Assembly: GCA_002313355.1 (NCBI GenBank)
Contig: DCBD01000111.1
Coordinates: 1-42,076 of the forward strand
Length of the DNA stretch: 42,076 bases
Direction of reading: 5' to 3'
Origin: Opitutia bacterium UBA1116
GTDB lineage: Bacteria; Verrucomicrobiota; Verrucomicrobiia; Opitutales; UBA1977
This document shows, piece by piece, positions 9,175 to 16,609 of the stretch; within the stretch, counting starts at the first letter, position 1; the number at the start of each line of letters is the position of its first letter. The notes under the pieces are model-generated. The model searched no databases. It saw nothing but the letters and a program-made list of their open reading frames with translations, and had not been told where the DNA came from. Position numbers and translations under genes: made by a program.

Positions 9175-10527
9175 ATGCAGGTCATGTTAATGCACCAAGA
9201 CACTTCATCAGCACCCACAACGACTCAGGTGGACATTCTTTCAGGCGATACCTTCCAAAAACACCAAGCATCGATGCCAAGCAATGCATGGATGCAGGCT
9301 CAGCAAGCCGCGGCTTGGAACACCTTCAAATCACTTCCAATGCCCAAGCGCACAGAGGAGCGCTGGCGCTTTGCACAGACGGTGGGCCTCAGCCTAGAGG
9401 GGTATACACTCCAAGATAAGCCGGCTGATGCTGAAGCTATACTCGCTCAGTCAGCCCACCTTGAAGACTATGCAGGGCGGCTCATCTTTGCCGATGGGCA
9501 CCTTCTCGCCAAAGATGCTATCTCAGAAGAGCTTGCCGCCCAAGGCGTCCTCTGGCTCTCCCTAGAAGAGGCTCTCCACAGCAAACCTGAGCTTCTCGAG
9601 CGCTACCTTTTCTCCCTTTCCACTCAATTGGGCTCCGATAAGTTTGAAGCACTCGGCCGCGCCTATGCACGCGCAGGAAGCATTCTTTACGTACCCAAGG
9701 ATGTGCAGGTAAAAAGCCCTTTTGTTGCCTATCACTGGGCGTCTCAAGAAGGAGCTTCAATCTTCCCACAAACGTTAATTATCGCTGAAACAACAAGCCA
9801 AGTAAGCCTGGTAGACTTTTATCTATCTGCATCTGGCGCGCCCGCTCTTGCTTGTGGGTCCAGCCATGTTCACGCAGGCCCCGGCGCAAAAGTCTTCCGC
9901 AAGAGCATTCAAAATTGGAGCCGCAAGACACACTCCTTCCAATCCGACACGCACACTACAGAGCGCGATGCTGAGCTCTACTCCCTCGCCGTCCACCTTG
10001 GAGGTGAATACGCCCGTTTTGAGAATGATGTCGAAATCACAGGTGCTGGTAGCCACGCAAAGCTCTATTCTTTGACCGTTGCTGACGACAAGCAAATGTT
10101 CGACCAACGCTCACTGCAGCGCCACCAGGCACCCAACGCCACGTCAGACCTACTTTATAAAAATGCACTCTGCGACACCGCAAAGACGATTTTCTCAGGC
10201 ATGATCTGCGTTGGCAAACAAGCCCAACAAACAGACGCTTACCAAACAAATCGTAACCTGTTACTCAATCCTTCAGCAGAAGCTATCTCGCTACCGGGCC
10301 TGGAAATCGAAGCCAACGACGTCAAATGCTCCCACGGCTCAACGAGCGGGCAAATCGACGAATCAGAACTTTTCTATATGCTCGCCCGAGGCATCCCCAA
10401 ACCTGTGGCTCAAAAGCTGCTTACCTTCGGCTTCTTTGAAGAAGTCATCGCAAAAGTGGATGACCCTGCCTTGGCAGACAATCTACGCCTCATGGTCGAA
10501 GAAAAATTCGCCACGCGCGAGCATTAA
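9175..10527 (+). CDS. sufD: Fe-S cluster assembly protein SufD
   Basis: The product has SufB/D-family beta-helix and C-terminal segments (DVKCSHGSTSGQIDESELFYMLARGI). It sits directly after sufB. Confidence 0.88.
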   Translation: MQVMLMHQDTSSAPTTTQVDILSGDTFQKHQASMPSNAWMQAQQAAAWNTFKSLPMPKRTEERWRFAQTVGLSLEGYTLQDKPADAEAILAQSAHLEDYAGRLIFADGHLLAKDAISEELAAQGVLWLSLEEALHSKPELLERYLFSLSTQLGSDKFEALGRAYARAGSILYVPKDVQVKSPFVAYHWASQEGASIFPQTLIIAETTSQVSLVDFYLSASGAPALACGSSHVHAGPGAKVFRKSIQNWSRKTHSFQSDTHTTERDAELYSLAVHLGGEYARFENDVEITGAGSHAKLYSLTVADDKQMFDQRSLQRHQAPNATSDLLYKNALCDTAKTIFSGMICVGKQAQQTDAYQTNRNLLLNPSAEAISLPGLEIEANDVKCSHGSTSGQIDESELFYMLARGIPKPVAQKLLTFGFFEEVIAKVDDPALADNLRLMVEEKFATREH

Positions 10528-10533
10528 ACCCTC

Positions 10534-11091
10534 ATGAATGTATCCGAAGAACGTCTTTTAACACGCGATTGTGAATCCACAGTCATCCCAGCGGGGGATA
10601 CCATCAACCTCCCTGCAGGAACAAAAGTAACCATTACGCATCGCCTAGGCGGAAACTTCACAGTCGTCTGTGAGTACGGGATGTTCCGAATCACAGGCAA
10701 GGATGCTGATGCCCTCGGTGAAGAAACGCCTTTAGCAGCAGAAGCCCCTGCCCAAGATGAAGCACCCCATGAAGGGCCTCCGAACACCGAACGCCTTTGG
10801 GAACAGCTTAAGACCGTTTACGACCCTGAAATTCCAGTCAACATTGTCGACCTTGGCCTTGTTTATTCACTCGAAGTGAATGAGCCTGAGCCGGGCAAAT
10901 ACGCTGTCGACGTTGCAATGACACTCACCGCTCCTGGCTGCGGCATGGGCCCTGCCATTGCAGAGGATGCCAAGCAACGCTTGATCAGCGTTCCCGGAGT
11001 TAGCGATGCTCGCGTAGAGCTCATCTGGGACCCTCCGTGGACCCAAGACATGATCTCCGAAGAGGGGAAAATGGAATTAGGTCTCATTTAG
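10534..11091 (+). CDS. sufT: SufT-type (long DUF59/MIP18) Fe-S assembly protein
   Basis: The C-terminal DUF59 core reads [17 protein letters not shown]...[10 protein letters not shown], preceded by a ~90-aa N-terminal extension as in long-form SufT. The gene starts 6 nt after sufD. Confidence 0.75.
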   Translation: MNVSEERLLTRDCESTVIPAGDTINLPAGTKVTITHRLGGNFTVVCEYGMFRITGKDADALGEETPLAAEAPAQDEAPHEGPPNTERLWEQLKTVYDPEIPVNIVDLGLVYSLEVNEPEPGKYAVDVAMTLTAPGCGMGPAIAEDAKQRLISVPGVSDARVELIWDPPWTQDMISEEGKMELGLI

Positions 11092-11156
11092 ACTTCCCAG
11101 CAATCCCAAAATTATAACTCGCCTTTTTAAAAAAACTATTCCATTGTGAACACACT

Positions 11157-11750
11157 ATGGCTGATAACGACGAGAACGATCCTAAAGCAAAATCCACACC
11201 TTTAAGCGAAGAAATCCAGCGCACATTTCTCAAAGAACGCAAGGTCTTCTTCTGGGGTGAAGTGCGAGATGAAACCTGCAGTGAGGCCATCAACACCCTA
11301 CTTTACCTAGAAGCCAAGGACCCTGGCAAAGAAATCAAATTTTACATCAACTCCCCGGGAGGTTCTGTCACAGCAGGCATGGCTGTTTATGACACTATCA
11401 AGCTCATGAAATCCCCTGTAACAACCATTGTTACAGGTATGGCTGCCAGTATGGGCTCTGTGTTTCTCTGCGCAGGAAAAAAGGGCAGGCGCTTTTTATT
11501 TCCCCACGCACGGGTTCTCATCCACCAGCCTCTCATTGCAGGTCGCATTGTAGCCCCTGCTGTGGACATCAACATTCACGCCCAAGAAATTGAGCGCCAA
11601 CGCAAAGAGATCAACCAAATCATCCAAGAGGCCTCCGGGCAACCTTTCGAAAAAGTCGAAAAAGACACCGATCGAGACTTTTACATGAACCCTGAAGAAG
11701 CCATCAAGTACGGCCTTGCCGATGCTGTCATCAAGCCGGAAGATCTTTAA
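11157..11750 (+). CDS. clpP: ATP-dependent Clp protease proteolytic subunit
   Basis: The Ser-His-Asp triad contexts GMAASMGS, LIHQP and DTDRDFYM are present. Size is 197 aa. Confidence 0.93.
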   Translation: MADNDENDPKAKSTPLSEEIQRTFLKERKVFFWGEVRDETCSEAINTLLYLEAKDPGKEIKFYINSPGGSVTAGMAVYDTIKLMKSPVTTIVTGMAASMGSVFLCAGKKGRRFLFPHARVLIHQPLIAGRIVAPAVDINIHAQEIERQRKEINQIIQEASGQPFEKVEKDTDRDFYMNPEEAIKYGLADAVIKPEDL

Positions 11751-11787
11751 GCTCTAATAAACGTCGAAACACGTACTTCCTTTCAAT

Positions 11788-11819
11788 AAAAAGGCCTCCG
11801 ATGACGGAGGCTTTTTTAT
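11788..11819. terminator. Bidirectional intrinsic terminator between convergent clpP and the 589-aa gene
   Basis: The sequence is AAAAGGCCTCCG-ATGA-CGGAGGCTTTTTT. It forms a 7-bp GC-rich stem (11794-11800 / 11805-11811) with a 4-nt loop, an A-tract upstream and a T-tract downstream. Confidence 0.8.
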
Positions 11820-11855
11820 TGATCAAATTCAAGCGACCCAGTGAAACGACCCAGC

Positions 11856-13625
11856 TCACTTGTCCTCTTGAGCTTTCGGCACTCCCTCAGAAGCTCCAAG
11901 GCGCATACCCCACTGACGCACAAGGTCTTCTTCATTAAAGTGCTTCGCCGAAGCAACCGCTGCTTTCAGTATGCTCTGCGTCATTGCATCCCGCTTCGAA
12001 ACACTCAGCAGCAAATGCCTGAAAATAGCCAGCGCCTCCTCTTTGGCATTCAATTCTGTCAAAAAAACAGCAGCATCCCGGGCCAGAGCAATACTTTCTC
12101 CTACAAAATGGGGCCGCTGAGCAACAAACTCTAATACTTCTATTGCCTTGTCAGGAGCACCCAACTTTACTTGAAGATATGCCGTTTTGAGCGCCAAAGC
12201 AATACTCGGCGTCCTCGTCAAGTATGCCATAGCAAAGGCCAGTGCTTGGCTGTCTTTTCCTGCTTGTTCGAGGAGATTCATCTTGCGAATCACAGCATAT
12301 TCAGCATTCGGAGGGTTTTCTCCTGCTTGAATCATAAGCAGCTGCGTGCCTAAGGAGACTTTAAACGGTCGATAGAGGGGATCTCCAACAACAATTGCCT
12401 GCCAGCTAAGGAAAGGTGTTGCATAGTAAGCTGCTTCACCAAGCTCCATGCCCTTAAACAAGGCCTCAGTAAACAAATCTGGCCGATGCGCAGCATCAAG
12501 ATAGGGTTCATAGACATAGCCCATTGTCCCCGTAACCCCTTTTGTAACTAGAGGCCCCACCCAGTAGTGTTCCTCCATGCGCAGTGTTCTCGACGAAAAA
12601 CTATGCAAATGAAAGGCCAATGCCCCTGAAGGAAACAAAAGATAAGGGCTCGCCAAAGCACCTTTGGGGTGCATAGACCACCACCCGAAATAAAAAATAG
12701 GCGCATCAAAACGCGCATCTTCGGGGAACAGTTCTTTATCTTCATCATAAGTGACATCAAATCCATGGGATTCAAAGAGCTTCCCGGCAGCGATCATCCA
12801 TTCATTGCCTCGATCATAAGGCCCGCCCAAGTCAATATAAACACGCCCCAACGCACCCCATTGTTCAGCCTGAAGAGCGTGATCAATTAAGGCTTGAGCG
12901 CTCATGAGCGTAGGCCCGTCAAGACGTGCCACACGAACAATGGCATTATTCATCTGCAAACGCACTTTACGAGCTATATACATCGGATTTTCGAGCAGAC
13001 GCTTATCAACTCGAACCATCGAGCTTGGGTATCGCATTAACTTGTCTGGCTCATCAAGGTCAAACAGTGGATTGGGCAAGACCCAGCTAACCGATGTTTC
13101 AGGCTGAGCGAGCAAGGTGAGCTCGGAGTCCACCGAAGCGCTATTATTATTTAAATGTTGCTCTTCAGGTGGAAAGGCCCGTTCAGCATCCGTCAAAAAT
13201 GTAGGTTCATGCTTAATCTTTAAGGGCACCCCGCGACACAACACAAGGTAGTCTATCGATGTACCCTGACACTGAGCCTGCACACGACCGGCACGATCTT
13301 TTTCTACAGTGAGCGCCCCTTCAATCCAGCCTTTTTCAATCAAATGCGTCGCCAAAGGGTTGTATAGCTGCTCAACAAACTCAGACCATGTGATCTCTTC
13401 CTCGCGAGGCATGTTGAAGGCAATGATATTTTTTTTGGGTATGCCGCGCTTCTCACTGTAATACTCGGCCAAGCGAAGCGACTCCGAATCGCGCTTGTTA
13501 GCCACAATCAAGACCTTTGCCGGATCTCCCGCTAGCGCAACCCACGAGCTCAGGCACATAAGCCCTGCAATTAAAGAGTGTTTCAACACTTTCATAATTA
13601 ATGCCACAACCTTATCTACGAACAC
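11856..13625 (-). CDS. Secreted protein with a TIGR03790-like N-terminal domain and a C-terminal TPR-like helical region
   Basis: A signal peptide is present (MKVLKHSLIAGLMCLSSWVALAG). The start is probably the ATG at 13595 rather than 13625. The opening KVLIVANKRDSESLRLAEYYSEKRGIPKKNII resembles the uncharacterised TIGR03790 family as I recall it. The last ~170 aa are helical-repeat-like. Confidence 0.45.
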   Translation of the reverse strand: MFVDKVVALIMKVLKHSLIAGLMCLSSWVALAGDPAKVLIVANKRDSESLRLAEYYSEKRGIPKKNIIAFNMPREEEITWSEFVEQLYNPLATHLIEKGWIEGALTVEKDRAGRVQAQCQGTSIDYLVLCRGVPLKIKHEPTFLTDAERAFPPEEQHLNNNSASVDSELTLLAQPETSVSWVLPNPLFDLDEPDKLMRYPSSMVRVDKRLLENPMYIARKVRLQMNNAIVRVARLDGPTLMSAQALIDHALQAEQWGALGRVYIDLGGPYDRGNEWMIAAGKLFESHGFDVTYDEDKELFPEDARFDAPIFYFGWWSMHPKGALASPYLLFPSGALAFHLHSFSSRTLRMEEHYWVGPLVTKGVTGTMGYVYEPYLDAAHRPDLFTEALFKGMELGEAAYYATPFLSWQAIVVGDPLYRPFKVSLGTQLLMIQAGENPPNAEYAVIRKMNLLEQAGKDSQALAFAMAYLTRTPSIALALKTAYLQVKLGAPDKAIEVLEFVAQRPHFVGESIALARDAAVFLTELNAKEEALAIFRHLLLSVSKRDAMTQSILKAAVASAKHFNEEDLVRQWGMRLGASEGVPKAQEDK

Positions 13626-14619
13626 GATTCAAAGCCATTTGGTAAGCAATAATCCCATCGGCAATGCGCTCTGCCATTTTATCCCTATAGGCCGCACTAC
13701 CCAAATTACGAGCCTCTGTATCATTGCTTAAAAAACCGCCTTCAATGAGAATTCCAGGACATTGAAGATCTTTTAGAACCGCAAATCGGGCATGTTTAAG
13801 ACCACGATCAGGAACACTCATACCCTGTGCAAGCGACCGCTGGACATAATAACCAAGCAGTGCATTCCAAGAATCGTAGCGATTGCCAGCGTACGTCTTG
13901 TTATCAGCGGCTACTTTTTTGTCACGACTGGTGGACGCCTGGCCTGGCAAAGTTAAAACATAGGTCTCCACACCGGCGGCCTTGACATTTTGAGCAGCAT
14001 TAAAATGGAGACTCACGAAAAGATCTGCATTCACCCTGTTTGCTTTACGGCTGCGGTCGCTTAAAGCGACGAATTCATCGCGACTGCGCGTCAACGTGAC
14101 TCGATAACCACGGGCCTCGAGGCGCTTTTGTAATTTTCGAGTTAAATCTAAGGCGAGGTTCTTTTCTTTAAGCTTATAGCGCTTACTCTCTGTCCCCTGG
14201 TCTTTACCCCCATGGCCTGCATCGAGCACAATGTGATAGAGCTTGGGCGGGTTAGCAGACTTTTCCGGGTATAAAATGGGCAGGATCAGGCGCTCGTAGT
14301 CAAGCCGTGAGACATAAAAACGCCCTCCCCTTAAAACAACAGGCGCTCCAAGAAACACTCGCGTTCCATTCAAAGAAAAGCCCTTGTCATGGACTTTAAA
14401 AGTCAGCGTATTTTTTTTGTTCGAGAGACGCACCTCTTTATTGAGCTGAACGACTCGATACTGCATCTTCAAGGCTCGCCCAAGATCGCGGACACTCATA
14501 TAACGATCACCGTGGATCGTAATGTCTGCAAATGAAGAGCTCAGCGCCAAAAACAAGAGGCCATAAACCAGCACAAGAAGGCGCTGCTTTCTCCCGAGTG
14601 CTGATTGAAGCAAGGTCAT
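13612..14619 (-). CDS. N-acetylmuramoyl-L-alanine amidase (Amidase_3, AmiA/B/C type) with an N-terminal AMIN-like domain
   Basis: Zinc and catalytic motifs LDAGHGGKDQG, ADLFVSLHFNA and GILIEGGFLSN are present, along with an N-terminal signal or anchor. Confidence 0.9.
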   Translation of the reverse strand: MTLLQSALGRKQRLLVLVYGLLFLALSSSFADITIHGDRYMSVRDLGRALKMQYRVVQLNKEVRLSNKKNTLTFKVHDKGFSLNGTRVFLGAPVVLRGGRFYVSRLDYERLILPILYPEKSANPPKLYHIVLDAGHGGKDQGTESKRYKLKEKNLALDLTRKLQKRLEARGYRVTLTRSRDEFVALSDRSRKANRVNADLFVSLHFNAAQNVKAAGVETYVLTLPGQASTSRDKKVAADNKTYAGNRYDSWNALLGYYVQRSLAQGMSVPDRGLKHARFAVLKDLQCPGILIEGGFLSNDTEARNLGSAAYRDKMAERIADGIIAYQMALNRVRR

Positions 14620-14651
14620 CTTCTCTCAACTCGGCTTAATAGAAAAAGCCT

Positions 14652-15296
14652 TTACGCTTCGTCAGCTGAGTCGTCAACATCGTCGAGATGCTCAGGCCCT
14701 TCATCCTCAACAGTTTTTTTGAACTTAGGTTTTCTGCGACCAGCAGGCAGTGGTGTAAGTGTAACGATGATGTTTCGCCCAACGAGCTTAGGCTCATTAT
14801 CCGCAGTACCCATGCCTTCCAGATCAGCGATGGCACGTTTGATAATTTCAAACCCAAGCTCTGTACGCTGAAGCTCGCGACCTCGAAACATCAAAGTGAG
14901 CTTGAGCTTGTTGCCCTTACCCAAGAACTCCTCAGCATGACGAACTTTGAATTCATAGTCATGATCGTCGATATGGGTGCGGAATTTAATTTCCTTGAGC
15001 TTGGTTGATGCAGATTTACTGTCTTTACTTTTCTTGCTCTGCTCGTACATGAACTTGCCATAATCTAAAATACGGCAAACAGGTGGACGTGCTGTAGGAG
15101 AAATCTCAACCAAATCTAGGCCACACTTTTTAGCGAGTGCAAGCGCTTCGCTTGTTGCCAAAATGCCGATTTGCTGGCCGTCAGGCCCAATGACACGAAT
15201 TTCCGGGACCCGAATCCTTTCATTTTTGCGATGCTTAGGAGAATTGAATTTTCTGCGGAAGGGAGGGCGTTTGCCTCCAAAGGATGGTTTCGGCAT
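14652..15296 (-). CDS. infC: Translation initiation factor IF-3
   Basis: The N-domain reads [18 protein letters not shown] and the C-domain reads [25 protein letters not shown]...LMFRGRE. A basic N-terminal extension and an acidic C-terminal extension are present. The ORF starts with ATG at 15296. Confidence 0.92.
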   Translation of the reverse strand: MPKPSFGGKRPPFRRKFNSPKHRKNERIRVPEIRVIGPDGQQIGILATSEALALAKKCGLDLVEISPTARPPVCRILDYGKFMYEQSKKSKDSKSASTKLKEIKFRTHIDDHDYEFKVRHAEEFLGKGNKLKLTLMFRGRELQRTELGFEIIKRAIADLEGMGTADNEPKLVGRNIIVTLTPLPAGRRKPKFKKTVEDEGPEHLDDVDDSADEA

Positions 15297-15433
15297 TCAG
15301 GCGTATTCTTTAGAGATTAATGACTCAGTGTTTATGGTTTTCAAGGACTGGCAGAGACCCCCACCAGTTCTAAGCATGATGAGGCATGGGCTTTCTCATG
15401 ACAAATCTTTTTTCCTGAGTATTGCAAGATTCC

Positions 15434-15814
15434 TCATACGCTGAAACTCTCTCCACAAGAGCAACTCGATGTTGCATTTGGGTTATGAAACTTAAAGCCA
15501 CCCCCCACTAAAGCTGAAGAATAGTCTAACTCTGAACCTTTTAGGTAAAGGGCACTCTTACTATCGATGAGAAGAGGCACCCCCGATGAAAATACGAGAA
15601 TATCCCCCTTACGGGCGGATTCAACAAACTTAAGCTTATAAGAGAGCCCATTGCAGCCACCTCCTGAGATACCCAGGCGCAAAAACTGTGCTGAAGCGCT
15701 TTCGCGCTCGCTCAGCTTCATGGCTTGAGCCCCCGCCTCAAGCGTGAGCTTGACTAAACGCTCATCCCCTTGACGTACTCCCTCTGGAAGCTGAGTGATA
15801 TCAGGTGTTTGCAT
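15434..15814 (-). CDS. erpA: HesB/IscA/ErpA family Fe-S cluster insertion (A-type carrier) protein
   Basis: The GGGCNGLSYKL motif and the C-terminal CSCGESF three-Cys signature are present. Size is 126 aa. Confidence 0.85.
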   Translation of the reverse strand: MQTPDITQLPEGVRQGDERLVKLTLEAGAQAMKLSERESASAQFLRLGISGGGCNGLSYKLKFVESARKGDILVFSSGVPLLIDSKSALYLKGSELDYSSALVGGGFKFHNPNATSSCSCGESFSV

Positions 15815-15853
15815 GCCCTCCCATAGAATAAATCACCCCCGACTTAGCAAGCC

Positions 15854-16042
15854 CTAAGGAGCATCACAATACTCACCATACCACCACATAATCCCCAAAA
15901 ATATAAGCCAACCATACAGGACATCCTCCTCCTCATTGAATTGCTGGTCAGGCTGTCCATCATCGTCTCCAGCATAAGCTAGCTGGACAGGAGAAACAAA
16001 CAAAAGGGCCATAATAACGAAGAGGGTAAGGATGCTTTTCAT
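15854..16042 (-). CDS. Small hypothetical exported or membrane-anchored protein (62 aa)
   Basis: I trimmed the ORF to the ATG at 16042. It has a signal peptide (MKSILTLFVIMALLFVSPVQLAYA), an acidic stretch (GDDDGQPDQQFNEEED) and a Trp-rich hydrophobic segment. No homology was recognised. Confidence 0.4.
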   Translation of the reverse strand: MKSILTLFVIMALLFVSPVQLAYAGDDDGQPDQQFNEEEDVLYGWLIFLGIMWWYGEYCDAP

Positions 16043-16096
16043 AATGATATAATTTAATGAAAATGGACACTCAGGCAATTCTAGAGCCTAGAAAAA

Positions 16097-16110
16097 TGTG
16101 GTCGACCACA
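16097..16110. repeat. Perfect 14-bp palindrome TGTGGTCGACCACA (first dyad box)
   Basis: Read directly from the sequence. On the minus strand it is followed immediately by TTTTT, so it could form a small terminator-like hairpin. Three related boxes lie at 16163-16176, 16212-16225 and 16244-16257. Confidence 0.6.
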
Positions 16111-16161
16111 CTCAGGATAAAACATAAGTTGCTAATTGTAAATAATTTGAAAAAACACAAC

Positions 16162-16258
16162 GTGTGGTAGGACACAGTCCGGCGACAAGGCGTACCCGGC
16201 AAGCCTGAACCGTGGTCGACCATAGTACGGACAGGGGTAGGGCTGTGTCCTACCACAC
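16162..16258. other. 97-nt hairpin element with a perfect 16-bp closing stem (candidate structured RNA, attenuator or MITE-like palindrome)
   Basis: GTGTGGTAGGACACAG (16162-16177) is the exact reverse complement of CTGTGTCCTACCACAC (16243-16258). The 65-nt interior contains the GGTCGACC palindrome and further short pairings. On the minus strand the stem is followed by GTTGTGTTTTTT. I could not match it to any known RNA family by eye. Confidence 0.4.
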
Positions 16259-16609
16259 TTGGAAGACTCCCATAGCTCAGTAATGGCATAGCCCCAAGAA
16301 AGGTCTTTGTAAATATATGGGTGAGTAATTCGTGCATTATATATAATTTTATAAACTAATATCACATGTAATTTTATCTGGTCTTATTTCAATGAAAATC
16401 AGCTATATACATAAATATAAATCATAAAATAAGTAGTTTTATTCAAAAATTTCATTAAAACAGAAAGGAAAGAAGCCCATTGAAGGCTACGAGAAGCTCG
16501 ATGAAGCAAGCTTTTGTTGAAATAATATTTTGTAATGCATTGTAGATGTGCGACTTGTTCTTGCCAAGGGTTCATCTTTCTACAAGATGGTTAGCTCCGC
16601 CACTCTGCT

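Noticed and set aside
16162-16258. Identification of the 97-nt hairpin as SRP (4.5S) RNA, RNase P RNA, 6S RNA, tmRNA, or a c-di-GMP or TPP riboswitch
   Set aside because: I compared both strands by eye to remembered consensus cores: GGUCCGGAAGGAAGCAGCC for SRP, GAGGAAAGUCCGGGC for RNase P, ACGCAAAGCC for GEMM, and CUGAGA...ACCUGA for TPP. Only short, partial similarities appeared. The size is also wrong for RNase P, 6S and tmRNA.
16268-16294. tRNA-like fragment ATAGCTCAGTAATGGCATAGC resembling a tRNA D-arm, a possible integration-site remnant
   Set aside because: Only a match of about 10 nt is present. There is no acceptor stem, anticodon arm or T-arm (GGTTCGA-type), and a 9-10-mer match is within chance expectation for 84 kb of two-strand sequence.
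16071-16365. Two track ORFs (88 aa and 77 aa, minus strand) spanning the hairpin and dyad-box region
   Set aside because: They overlap each other in different frames and are built largely from the palindromic repeats. The translations are low-complexity (Pro/Gly/Cys/Arg-rich) and no RBS or family resemblance is visible. A noncoding element explains the region better.
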